In this document: piece by piece, positions 1 through 13,000 of the stretch
How the letters are laid out: the number at the start of each line of letters is the position of its first letter
Position numbering within the stretch: position 1 is the first letter of the stretch
The notes under the pieces: model-generated
Database searches by the model: none
What the model saw: only the letters and a program-made list of their open reading frames with translations
Told to the model about the DNA's origin: nothing
Program-made: the position numbers and the translations under genes
From: Ascidiella aspersa
Lineage: Eukaryota
Direction: 5' to 3'
DNA: 64,000 nt
Assembly (NCBI GenBank): GCA_963924565.1
Contig: OZ004609.1
Coordinates: forward strand, 32,364,001 to 32,428,000

Positions 1-244
1 AAGGATGGTCCCAAATGCTGTCGCCGGTTTTAAAGTTAAAGTAGTAAATGTCCCCAGTTGTATCTTGGCAAGGCTTCCAATTGGCTGGAAGAGGAGCGCT
101 GATACCTTCCCTTGCAATCCAAAGAAGATCCTTTTCCTTTGCGATGTCAATCCCAATTACTTGAGCGTATTCGTTAACCTCTTCATCAGCTGGGATGTAG
201 TTCTCGTCATAATCCTCCTCCAAAATTACCTGGTCGTTCATCAT
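1..244 (-). CDS. CEP164: Centrosomal protein 164 (distal appendage protein), first coding exon with N-terminal WW domain; runs off the window start
   Basis: Minus-strand translation from ATG at 244 (not in the ORF track): [81 protein letters not shown]. This matches the characteristic CEP164 N-terminus (LEEDYDE.YIP...WxAREGIxAPLPxxWKPCQD.TGDIYYFNF...WDHP). Possible 5'UTR intron ~302-873. Confidence 0.93.
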   Translation of the reverse strand, partial: MMNDQVILEEDYDENYIPADEEVNEYAQVIGIDIAKEKDLLWIAREGISAPLPANWKPCQDTTGDIYYFNFKTGDSIWDHP

Positions 245-477
245 TTTGCTGATGTTTTAATTATCACATTTGTTCGTAGCAAAGTAAAATTTCTACTATT
301 TCTGAATCAGATAAAAAGTTAAAATACTTTTAATTTTCAAAATAATCATACACTACTTAACTAAAGGTATTATCATTGTGATATTATTTTGATCCTACGT
401 TCTTAGAAATTACCATGTCAGCACACATACAGTTTAGAGATTCGGACTTCAACTAAACAGAACTCATGTAGATTTTG

Positions 478-680
478 GGCGCTGGTCTAGAATCTTAGAA
501 CATTTTCGTCCAGAGGATTATATTGCAAACAATAGCTAGGTAAGAGTGAGGGTTGGGTTAAGTATTATTATTCTATTTATTCTTATAATATTTATGTCTT
601 CCCTACAATTTCAACTTTGACATCTAGTTTCGCTAGTGTTAAAATGTGGTAGGATAGTAGTAGGATTCTAGACCAGCGCC
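478..680. mobile_element. Merlin-like MITE, family A, copy 1 (203 bp)
   Basis: TIR GGCGCTGGTCTAGAATC...GATTCTAGACCAGCGCC; perfect 8-bp TSD AGATTTTG (470-477, 681-688). A copy of identical length lies at 33981-34183. Confidence 0.85.
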
Positions 681-2224
681 AGATTTTGCAGCATTACACG
701 AAATTTAACAAACGAAAGACAAAACACCAACGTTGCGTATATACTTCAATGCATACGTCGACGATAAAAACTTTATATAGTAAATGTACTTGTGCAAACA
801 ATATATGTTAGGCTATTTTAGGGAAAATCACAACGAACTACACATACAGCACGCTTATAAATAGTATATTTACCTTGCAGAAAATAGTAACTGAATATCG
901 CATTTCGAAAATTAAACTACACAGAACAGAAAACAACATCCCATGAGAGAAACATTGTGATATTATGCTATGTGCTGAGTTAAAATTTAGATAGAGAGCC
1001 TTTATTTTTGAACCATAGTCTCCCTATACTGTCTTTTAATTGTATTTTTTTTTCATTACAGATAAATTTAAGATAACAGCCGATTGCGTTTCATTGCAAG
1101 CGTACACATCTACGTTGCATCAACGCCTATGTATAATACAGGCGTTGGTTGCATTACAGCCGCACATGTATGTTGTGAAAATTGAATGACAGAACGTTAT
1201 GTTTCCATATAACATGTCAATGTTAGAAAGGAATTTGGAAAAGCTGTACGAAAGTAATTTTACGAAATAGAAACGGGTATTTCCTTAGGTACCCACGGTC
1301 TTTTTGTTGTTGTGAAATGAAGCAACGCCTGATTTGCCGAGAAAACAACTTTCTCCCATCAGCGATCGTTAGCGCCGCTTTGTGGCTGAGGGTGTGTTTT
1401 GCATTTTCGTGTTCAACATTAGAGAATCTACGCGCACAGTATTCCTAAGTGGTAATGCTTGTCCTAACTTTGATTTGTATTAGTGACGTGCCTTTGCGTC
1501 ATTTTTTTATAATGTTGTTTTCAAAGGGTCCTGAACAGTGCATTTTTATCAACGTATTAGCGTAAGAAAGAGTTCAGGAATTTGCTTGCAAGTTAAAAGT
1601 GTGGATTCTATCAGAAACGATTTTAGGCCAACATCTTTTTTCAGTTTAGCTAAAACTTTTGACTTGTCAGTGTTTGATTTTATTTTGTAATGTTGTAGAT
1701 TTTGATGTTTTTACTTCCACATACTTTGTTAGGTTTGCTCGATTATAAACGCCCCAATTTTTATATTGTTTTTGATTTGTTGTATTTCATTTTGTTAACT
1801 TTATTTAGGCCTTTTTAGCATTTATTTATTATCAAAGTAGAGGAAATATAGGAAACAGATTAACCTAGTGTAAAATACATTATTTGTATTTAACTTTCTT
1901 GTTAATATCACATATGCAAATTGGTAACTGCTATTGTTAAATGCAATTATTTTTTTTATAAAGGTTGCTTGAAACAGCTTGCAAAACAATTCTTTGTAAC
2001 TGCTTGTGTTAATAAAAAATGTTCTTAAAACTAAGTATTTTTGCCTTTTAAATGTATTGTCTTTTGGCCAATGAAGTGTTTTAATGTAAATTAATTAGAT
2101 ATTAATATTCAACCAAATTGAAATTTTTTAAACCAAAAGCTGGAAGTTTTGGCAGGGGATTTATCCATAGCCTCACATTCATAGAAAAATGTTCTCATTG
2201 ACCAAAAGCCACTATGGAAAGTAT

Positions 2225-2420
2225 GGCAAGTGCACCCGCGATTTTTTTCTCAACAGACTAGATCTGCACCCCTGGAAATTAAATATGCACCCGGTTTTCC
2301 TATATGTTATAAAAGCGGGGTGCACTTTTGACCTCAGTTGCACCCGGTCACCCCAACATTTTCGGCCGTGCACCCGCGAGATCTCGTCGAGATCTGCCAT
2401 ACTTTCCAAACGGGACCAAA
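2225..2420. repeat. Degraded repeat with multiple TGCACCC motifs
   Basis: About six TGCACC(C) motifs. AGATCTGCCATACTTTCCA recurs at ~34673, and a related inverted segment lies at ~25380. Confidence 0.45.
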
Positions 2421-3110
2421 ATAAAGCGAACGTGCGAAGCTTACACTTTTCGTTAGCATTAATTTACTTATTCACAAATTTTTGCAGGTAATGCATTACA
2501 GCCACGCAATTTTAAGCTGTTTAAACATCTGCCTTGTGCAATATTGTGACTTCCATGACTTTAATTAGTATAATATAAAAATGAATTTAAAAATTTACCA
2601 ATAGTCCAACCATAATCTCCTGCAAATTTTACTGTTTAGTTTCATATATACTTTTAAAATGTGTTTTCTAACACATTTTTTTTCGTAAGTTACAACACTT
2701 GAAATTTTGTTTTAACTTGGTTTAGGCTAGATCCCTTCTGGGATGCAACATATTCACATTTCGCAGGAGTTGTAAATATAAATAAAGTTGCACTACATTC
2801 AACAGGCACATCAGTTGGTCACTTTTTGGTATAAAATATTGTATGCATTTTTATGCTACTTTTATGTTTCTCTATACAGTATATTATGCAACCCGAAAGG
2901 CAATGACAATTAGGTACATGAAAAATCTGCAGTAAATGCAAATATTTATACAAACCAAATTACTTTGTTTCATTTTATCCTATACCAGAATATTGTTGTG
3001 CTGTTCTTCACAAAAATGTATTCTTTGATTTAGTTTGTTGCATTTTTTTATAATGCACAAACATGTTGGTATAGTGTTGTAGATGGTTGTATTTGTTATA
3101 TGGCTTACAT

Positions 3111-3588
3111 CAGTGGTTCTCAACCTTTTTAGCTTACGGACCGGTAAAATTTCAAAACAAGTTTTGCGGACCAATGGACCTTCAAAAATTAAAATCAACC
3201 CAAAATGTAATTACGACCTAAGTATTTGCAACTTAAAAGCAAAGAATGGAAATGTCAATTTAATAAGCAATTTGCTTCTGTCTTTTTGATATCATACGTG
3301 TTTTACGTGGTTCATTGAAGTTTTTCACCTACAACTGGTTTTAAAGCTTAAGATTTAAACGAGTGGTAGCCTACTACAACACTTGCTCCATTGTGACGAA
3401 CAATAAAGTCCAAAGTAGACCATTAACTCTATGTTGCGTCACAATGCTGCAAAGTACGGAAGTGAAAAAGTTCTACATTTGATGGACAAGTTTTTAACAT
3501 TTTGCATTTTGCAACTACGATATAAAACTGTAATATTTTTGGCGGACCAGCAGGAAAGTTGATGCGGACCGGCGGTTGAGAACCACTG
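3111..3588. mobile_element. hAT-type MITE
   Basis: TIR CAGTGGTTCTCAACC...GGTTGAGAACCACTG; 8-bp TSD GCTTACAT on both sides; internal (G)CGGACC repeats. Confidence 0.9.
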
Positions 3589-5281
3589 GCTTACATCATA
3601 TTTTTAAACTTCTAAAAAAAAAAATGTAATTATTTTAAACTCAAAAAAAATACATGTAATCTTCTTTTGCAGCATTTTATTTGGCTTGTTAATTTTGTTA
3701 AATACTATGTTCTTACAGGGTTCATTTTTAATTAATTTGAACTTGTGTTGAGCAATTATCATTCACCCAGGCGTAATAATAATCAATAAAACTTACGGAT
3801 TTGCACTCGCATTTGTGAGTGGGCGAGTGCAAAACCTCAACCTTGCAATAAAGCAAATAGTATGTCCACTACATAAGGACATGTCCATATCACCATTTTT
3901 GTCCTAAGCAGTAACCATATTCCTGTGACCCCCATTTTCACAAGAAATAATGATTCATTGCATGCTCAGTTACGTACTGCTTGTTAAGGAAATTTTGACG
4001 CTTGGTTGACGTATTTTTTGCTAGACAGACCCTGACTCTTTCTCAGTATTATCTGCAAATATCCATAATGTTCAATTTGTAATCCAGTGCCCCAATTTTG
4101 TTTGCCTGATGTTGACTCTGTTTTGAAGGTTATTTTATTTAGAATAAGCACCTAAAATATTAGGTAAATTTTAGATTCTCAGACGAATTTTGATCAGATC
4201 TGTGTGATTGTTTGAGTTGTAAATATTCACGTTTGCTATAAAAAATTATAAAATTAAGGCAAGTGGGTTTGTATACTTAATTACTGACTTGAAAAAGTTT
4301 CACCCATTTAAACATTTACCCCCAAAAAAATCAACTCAATTTCTTTACGGTAGTATTTTTTTTATAATATCTGTGCTTCAAATATAAAAATTACTGTATC
4401 AGTAGAATAAATAAAGTTGGGTCCAATTGCTTATGTATGACACAAAAAATGTCTATGGCTGATAACTGATTGTAAATTTTTTTCATTTTGTTCTTTACAC
4501 CAATTTCTTTATTTGATCAAGCTGCAACACAGTATAATTAACTGTTTAAATTTGCCAACCAGGGTTAAATTAAGTAGCAAATTTTATCACGTTTTTAGGA
4601 CAAAGACATTGAAATTAAAATCCTCAATTGTCTATTTTTGTTTTGTTGTGGATTAAATTCAAAATTACGTATTTTGAACAATGCCTCGGGCTAAATGGTG
4701 CCCGAATAGTTGTTAAGCATCGATAACAGTTTCTTAAAATGTGGCGTGAGAACATTACTTATCCATGTGTCGTCAAATGATAAGTTGTAAATAGCTGTAA
4801 AGTTTTGTTTTTGGCGTGTTTAAATGAGAAGGTTAGTAGTAGTTGAAACAAAGTTTCAAGCTTTTTTAAGTAAATCATAGATATTTTGGAGACAAATTGT
4901 GTCTTTTTTTATTGTTTCTGCTAATATTAAGAAAATTTACTTTATTTTGTGTCCTATAGTGTTACCTTTTGTTAAATTTATGGATTAGTTAATAATTATT
5001 TATTCAACATCTCTATATGTGTGAACATGCAATCACACTTCACTTTATTTTAGTTTGTGTTTTTTTTTTCAAATTAGACCTTGGTAGGTTTTGTATGATA
5101 CTTAAAAAAATGGAATTGAGGAAGCTGAAAGTATGTTTGTACTATGATAGGAAGGTTTTGTTTGTACTTCAAAGATAAGCAGTTTTGTGTACTTTGATAA
5201 GGAATTGGGTGTGCTACGTTTGTTTAGCATTACAGAGTGATTTGAATTTGGCATAATCTTAGGTCTAGGATCATTAAAGCA

Positions 5282-5442
5282 AGGCCATTCCTTGTCAATT
5301 CACACAGTCAAGAAATTCAACCTCCGATTTTCCTTAAATTTTGCAGGTGTTCATTATATAGGATAGTGAAAAGCTGTGTAAAATTGAAGGAAAATCGGAG
5401 AGGTTGAATTTCTTGTCTGTGTGAATTGACACGGAATGGCCC
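5282..5442. mobile_element. Foldback MITE with ~60-bp inverted arms
   Basis: GGCCATTCCTTGTCAATTCACACAG...CTGTGTGAATTGACACGGAATGGCC; possible 4-bp TSD AGCA. Confidence 0.8.
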
Positions 5443-7000
5443 AGCAGATAGCGCATGGTTTGCAGATTAGCTATGACAGTTTTGAAAAGAATGTACAAGT
5501 GATCAAGTACTGAAAAGTTTTGTGTTGTAAATATATTGCCTAATGCAATGTGGTAAGCTTTGTTGGTGTTTATTTCACAGCCTGTGGTTATGTATCATTA
5601 AACTTCTGATTTCTGCTTGCTTCATCCTTTTTTAAATCCAGGCTTACAGCTTGCCATGTTGGCTATAATTAGATTTGTGCATCATCTCCATATGTGATAA
5701 TGCTTATGGAGGCAATTATTTGTTGTTTTTTGCTGGATATGCTTTATTTGTTTTTATTTATCACTGAAGAGAGAATACGTTTTTTTAACAATTAATACAA
5801 GTCTAGTTTTAAAAGTTTTATTGAAACCAAACAGTTATGTATATATATGATATTCTATTTATATAAGGATTGTTTTTAATTTGCTTATTTCTGTCCATGT
5901 TGTTGTCCATGACTTGTAGCCTCTCTTTTTGAGTTTGTTTGGCGATACAGTCCTCAGCTATACCAAGAAGTGCTTGTTGACATTTTTAAAAGTTTTATGA
6001 GACCTCATCGCTTTACATCTGTTTTTAGCTTTACTTGGCCATGTACATGCAATTTGTAGACTTCAGAAGTGCCATTCGATGTTTACAGTGAACTTATTCA
6101 GGTTTGCATACTATTAGCCAGTATATATAAACCACCAGTTAAAAAATGTTAAGGTTATTTGTTGTACGCCAAAATAATTAACCCAATACTGAATTATTTT
6201 CTGCATCTATTTTTTCTGGTCATGTTTCTTCATTCAATTTTAACAGTGTGATGATATTTTGACAATTTTCAATTTTTTTGCATTGAAATATATATTTATA
6301 CTCATCAGGAAAGTTTTTTTCTTGGCTCGCATACCGTCCCTTGTCAGACATCATGAATACAAATGAAGTCAGAAACAACATTACCTCTGGCGCACCTTGT
6401 GCCCTTTTATTGGTGGATTAGAGCTGCTGGTGTGGGCTATGGCAGTTTGAGACTTTAATTGAATTTCTATGCACTGTGACAAACGATGTGTTAATCATTT
6501 TTGGATTTAATGATTTGAAAACCTTTTTTCACAAAACGAATTTTTAACACTGAAGTTTTTGTTAGTAATAAAATTGTAATCAAGTAAAAGCAACAAAAGG
6601 TTTACTGGCTACTTCCTTTGGTTTAAAAATAATATCAAAGTGCCCAGCTGAACTTTATTTTTTTTGGAAGCTAATAGTTCTGCTCTATACATATTTTTAA
6701 ATGAAAGTTTTTTTGTTAATATTAAAAAAAAAATAACTTTCCTAATGTTTTATATTTATCTTATGTGTTTTATAAAAACGACATTTGGTTTATGCCTGCT
6801 ATCGGTTTTTGTTGCACATAATTGTTGATGATAATCTGGCTTAATTACCTGGCTACAAAGTCATTTTTACAAAAAAGTGTTTTGGGCTTCACAGTTTTAT
6901 ATTATTAGTTAAATGGAACTTGATGTGCTGCTATACCACTGTCATTGTAAGTGTTTGTAAAACTGGCCATAGCGACCGGACTGTGCAAAATCGTTTTAAG

Positions 7001-10000
7001 ATGTCGTTTGACTGCAGCGGCACTTGCTTTTATACCGACGTCAACAAATCTAATAGCAAAAAAATAGACAAAGACCTCGCAAGGGAAAAATTGCACTACA
7101 AACGACAGGTGTGTATTTTTTATGTAATTAGAACTGGACTTGGCCAGTTTAGAACAGGATCTAAATTTAAGAACACAAAACAATAAACTTTGGCATTGAG
7201 CAAGTTTTTTTAAAAAGTTAATTTTTTTCAAAAAAAAATATTGCTAATTTAGGGAGGTTTACTGTTACACTCCTGACACTTAAAATATGTGTTATTGCTA
7301 TGGTAAAGTCAAAATTTTGCAATAAAATAGTGGTTTTCTCATATATGTAATGTAACTTATCATTTTGTTGTTTTTATTGAAACAAATATTAAACATTTGT
7401 TAAAAACAATTTTCTAGCATTTCCCATTGAATTTCCATTCTGGCAGTTTTAAAAAAATTTAAACGAAATGATACATCAAACCCCAACCAACAATAACTAA
7501 TTTTAACAAGGATCCCAGCACAACCACAAAGGTTGTAAAAAAGAATGAATTCGAATTAAGAATATTAGCAGAACTGACGATGCTTTTTGCGTAACTATAG
7601 TATTCTGCTTTTGTTGAATAAAGTTGTTTTGGATCTTTTTTACAACCTTTGTGGTTTTGCTTGAATCCTACGATATGGAGAAGATATCAACAACTAGCAA
7701 TGTTGGAGCAGGCTTAGATCCCAAAATTAACAAAAATAATAATAATATTATTATTATTTCATCAATTAATTTCAACAAAATGCCTAATTTTCATGCAGTA
7801 TATTGTTTTTTCCAGGTAAAGATTCTTCTCCTTGGTGCTGGTGAAAGTGGCAAAAGCACGTTTTTGAAGCAAATGAGAATTTTGCACGGGCACGGCTATG
7901 ATGAGAAGGCGAGACTTGGTTTCAGATCGACGATATACAGCAACATTGTAAAAGGCATGAAGGTGAGAGAAATGTCACTAAAAGCTAAAAAAATTAAACA
8001 TCAAAGTAAATAGCAAGTAAAACTCATAGTTAAAAACATGAGTAAAATCAGGATCAGACGTTTTGTTTAAAAGAAAAATATATTTCGCCAAGTGGCATTA
8101 TCAGTTAATTCAAATGAATCAGTAATATACGCCTCAGCAGAGCAGTGATCGACTGGCTTAAACCTGCCGCCGATGGTTTTGGATTCTATAAAGATACACC
8201 CTATTGTCAAAGTAAATAGAAGTAGTTTTAAGTCTTGTGTTTGAAAGTGCCATTGTATAACCTTTTGTATTTTGTTGACCATATAGTCTGTTTGTGTTGG
8301 AATTCTAAGCTAAGCCAACCAATTTTGGGTTTTTAAAATGCCATAAATTTTCGAGTTCACTTCATAAATAGATGTGGCAACCCTGGCCTGGAACTGTATT
8401 TCGTTTTAAATCACACAGCTTGTCATACAACCTGCATTCTCTATAGCTTTTGTTTTTGTATACAGAAATTCTCTAGGGTATTTTAAAACTAATGTCTTAA
8501 AAACATAGGTGTTAACTTGTCTTTATTTTAGCGTTTTTAAACAGTTTGACGTAAAATTTTCCCAGCCATCAACAACAAACAGAAGAGTTCAAAATAATGC
8601 TACACAACATTTTGCTGTTACAAGTTGCTTGAAAAACATAGTGAAAAAAGTTAACTAGTTTATATTTTTAAATTTGAAGGGTGGGTGCTTTTTATTATGC
8701 TCTTTCCAAAATGCAAATTGTGTTAGTTTTTTTTATACACAAATCATTAATCGATGAACTATCATCTTGCTACAGGCATGTGATCTAAAGTAAATCAGTT
8801 TCCTGTACCAGTGCGATGTCATGGTGTTACCCTGTATAAGTATATAAATAAATATAGTGCTGTTCCCATCCAGTTTGCCAGCCCAATGAAAGTTAATTAA
8901 AAGTTCAGCCAATTCTCTGAGAACAAACAGAGCATCGACGAGTTATATATTGTTGTAAGTAGCTGACTTATATGGGAAGTAGTGGCTTTGGAGGGGAAGT
9001 TCAATTGTTCTCCTGGCTTTGACTGATTGCCTTGCAGCCGACCATTCAGAGTTTAATTAATTAATTTCTGTTGAACTGATCAAAGTGATTTGCTGCTTTA
9101 CTTTTTGCTGATCAAGTTCCCCTGAACTAACGAAACACATAAGTTAATCTATTGGCGGTTACTGTTGAATCTAGTTTGTGGTATATTCGCTTAAAAGGGG
9201 TTTCCGAACCCCTCTATTTTTGCAAACCAAAGTAAAATGCCCAACAAAAACTGTTCTAGAATATATCAACTTTGTGGTATTACAATTCAACCTTTTTTTT
9301 TCTTTTCGAGTTTAAATGCTTCACATTTGTATTAGAATTACAAAGTATAATAACTTTAAGCTCACATCCCCAGCTTGTGGAACTAAAAGTGAAGGTTGGG
9401 GAGTTGGCGACCACCAGTCTTAAACCAATTAAAAATTCCATATTTTAACAATTATTAAGCTCTTTTTTTCTGTGCTCTTATGATGTTTTATTCCAATGAT
9501 TGAAAAAAAAAAACTTTTTTTTTCTTTTAAAATTTTTTTATAACCATCTAAAAATGATCATGTGTGTTTTTTGAATGTTTTTTTACAATGATTAAAAAAC
9601 GAAAATGTGTTTTTTCGTTATATTTTTCTATAGTTTTTCCGGATTATTTAAAAACAGTTAATTGTATTTGATATTTTTGTGTTTTTCTAATGTATCATAA
9701 TTAAAAACTGTTTCGTGTATTTTTAAATTATTTAAAAACAATTCTATGTTTTTAAGGTGTTGGTCGATGCAAGGGACAAGCTGCAGATTCCTTGGGAAGA
9801 TCCAAGTCGGCAGAGCCAGGCCGATTATGTGATGACCTTTGACCGGTACATGAACCTTGACGTGGACAACTTCATGAAGTACGTTCCGCACATCAAGGAG
9901 TTGTGGAAAGACGGCGGAATTCTTAACGCCTACGATAGAAGGAGAGAATTTCAACTGGTAAGTGCTTGTACTGACTAGCTTAGCAAATAAGATAAGAAAT

Positions 10001-13000
10001 AAATATGTACACATAATTAAAATAATATATACAGTGTTTTTTATATTAAAGCAACAAGGGACGTAACATATATGATAATTATTTTCTATAATATTTAACT
10101 TTTTTTTTGAAAAAGTCTGTTTAGCCTTGGCCCTTGTTTCAAAATTGTTTGAACAAATAAAAACAGTAAACACATAAGGCAAACTTAAAAAATTATATGT
10201 TTTATATTTTAGTGAATGTCTTCAATTTTTTTATAGCTGGTTTTTAAAGTATCAACAGGACTGATAGACATGTTTAGCAGTTTTTCACAATGTGTAACTT
10301 TAGGATGTTTTTTTATGTTTTTTTTTTATTTCTAGCATTGAAAGATGTTGAAAATAGAACACTGGACCATAACAATTTTCAGATTTCCATTTTTAAGCCC
10401 AACTTATACATAAAGACTGTTCGGTTTGCAATCAGCCTTCTTCTGTGTTATAGTTGCCTGTTAAATCGCCTGTTCTACAAGTAAATCAGTTTCTGAAATA
10501 TTTGGTTTTGATTTACAGGGCGAGTCGGTGCGTTACTTCCTAGAAAATCTGGAGCGAATCGGCAAAGCTGTAAGTGTGGTCTTTGTGCGGTTTATTTGCT
10601 GAAAAACGATTTAAAATGTGTTGAAAGTGTGTTGTTTTACATTGAAATCTTTGTTTCTTATATTAGAAAAATTGGGCATATATATGAATATGAATATCAA
10701 GCAAATCACATGTTTTACTGAACGTTTAATATAAAAAAAAAGTTGTTTAAACTTATGGTAAAAAGTTGTTTAAAACTATGGAAATGTTGTGCGGATATTT
10801 TGGTATATTTTAACGATCTGTTAAACAAAGTTACAGGCAGTTTACAAGCCTTGCTTGAAATAATTTTGTCTGTGCACAGGAATTCGTGCCCAGCGAACAG
10901 GACATCTTGTTATCGCGGCAAGCCACCAAAGGCATACAGGAGGACATGTTTGAAATTAAAAAGATCCCCTTCCGATTCTTTGACGTCGGCGGCCAGCGCA
11001 GTCAACGACAAGTAAGTTCAGTTGTTTGTCATTTAAAATTGAGTTTTAGGTGATAAAATCTTAATTTTCCACTGCTGGTTATCCCGTCTTGCGATTTTGG
11101 TCCAAATTCACGTGCATCATTACGCATTGTAAATTGCACGTGGTGGCCGTTGAACACAATAGTGCAACAATCAATAAGTCATTTTCACAGTTATTTAAAG
11201 TTGGCAGCTCCTATATTTAATGTGCAAGCAACATTGTCATGAAAAGTTTTCGAATCTTTAAGAGTCTCTGAATCTTTTGCAATTGATTTAAAAAAATCTT
11301 TGAAGAAAACGATGTTTTTTTGTAAAGTTTTTGAATAATCTTTTAATTTATTTGTTGTTAAGTTTAAGTTATGTGTTTAAAAAGTGCCTTAGTAAAACAC
11401 ATTTTCAAGTATTTGTTACTATGTTGGCCTTGTCATTTATACTGTAAAAACACCGAGCGATTTTAAAATTGTACAAATTTTCTTCAAAGAACTTTGAATG
11501 TCTTAATCATATGTGGCAACCCTGTATTGCCAAAAAATATTCTTTAATTAAATTGTTGACGAAAATTAGCAGTTTTGCGATGTTTTGTTTGTGGCAAAAA
11601 ATACAATGATGCATTTCTCAATTCATATGTAGTTTTTAAATGTCATGACATTTTATTTAATTATGTGTCTAACCGTCAATTAGGTTTGTTTCTTTGATGA
11701 ATTCTGTGCGTTGTACGGCATTTGTCATTTCTATTTCAGAAATGGTTCCAATGTTTCGAAGACGTTACGTCGATCCTTTTTCTCGCTTCCTCGTCTGAAT
11801 TTGACCAGGTTCTAATGGAAGACAGGCGAACTAATCGACTCCAGGTAAGATTTCTGCTATTCTACACTTTTCTTCTTTTTTTTTTTTGCTATTCTATACA
11901 CTTTTTGTCTAATTCGAGATTGGAATCCAGAACACGCATCTATGGTGTTTATTTAAACTTACATTTTTGTTTCGGAACGTATATTGAATTAAATACAAAT
12001 TAGCAATGATGGACGTCGCGTGTTCACACATGCGATTTAAAGTGCTAAAATTTAAATTAATAAACTGACATGGAAAGATCTAATCTAAGGAATTGAACTG
12101 TACGATAATGACTCGAACTTTGTGCATGACAAGCTGCAAATTATTGCATTGAAGTTTCGCATCATGCGGCATACGTGTTGCATGACTATTGACTATACAA
12201 TTCCGTGCTATATGTTACAGAATTATAAAGAGTGAACGTTAAATTTGCCCTTGTTTTTTACTTAATCATTTTAAACTAAATTTAAAGTTAGTCTAATTTA
12301 ACAAACAAGACGCATAAAAAATTCCTCGATGAGCTGAATAGAAACGTTTTTTGAGACTTTATTCTCGGGTGAAACGCAACTTATTTTTAGGATCATTAAA
12401 GCTGATTGATCTATTTTGACCTCAGAGCAGGGCTCTAAGACGAGAAGTATGCAATTAGACCACACTGAGTCAATTCATGTCCTTTTGGTCATCCGTGTAA
12501 TTGTTTTTGTCCGGTTACGCCTATTAACTGTACTACACATGATGACGTAGAAATAGTAGTTGCTCGACGGACCCTGCGGCGTTTTCAACTGCTTTCAAAG
12601 TTATTCTTGTTTAAACTAATGGTCGGACGAGTAATTGTAACGACCGTTCAATTCCGTTCATTTAAATCATTGCCTATCAACCTTTATCGTCGTGGCGTAT
12701 TTCCTAATCTCTAAGGAAGCTATTTTACTACAATTTACGGATGTTTTTTTTTATTATTGTTATTATTAAGCTGAAAAAACAAAATAGGAAAACGTACAAC
12801 ATTAAAAATAGCACCTATAAAGAAGCGAAAGGTGTGGCTAAAGGCCGGCCCACTTGATTTTTATGAGTTGCAAATTTACATATTTTAATTTTTAATTTTA
12901 AGCCCAACCTAATTTTAAAAACTCGCCCCAGTTCCAACCGCAGTTTTCAGATTATGGGGCGATTTAATTTGAATTCTCAAAAAAATTCAAAATTTGTTCA

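Noticed and set aside
5-322. Plus-strand 105-aa ORF in the track
   Set aside because: Antisense shadow of the CEP164 exon on the minus strand.
12322-12352. Possible additional hammerhead (TCGATGAG-CTGAATAG-AAACGTT)
   Set aside because: The core deviates at several conserved positions and there is no convincing stem I.
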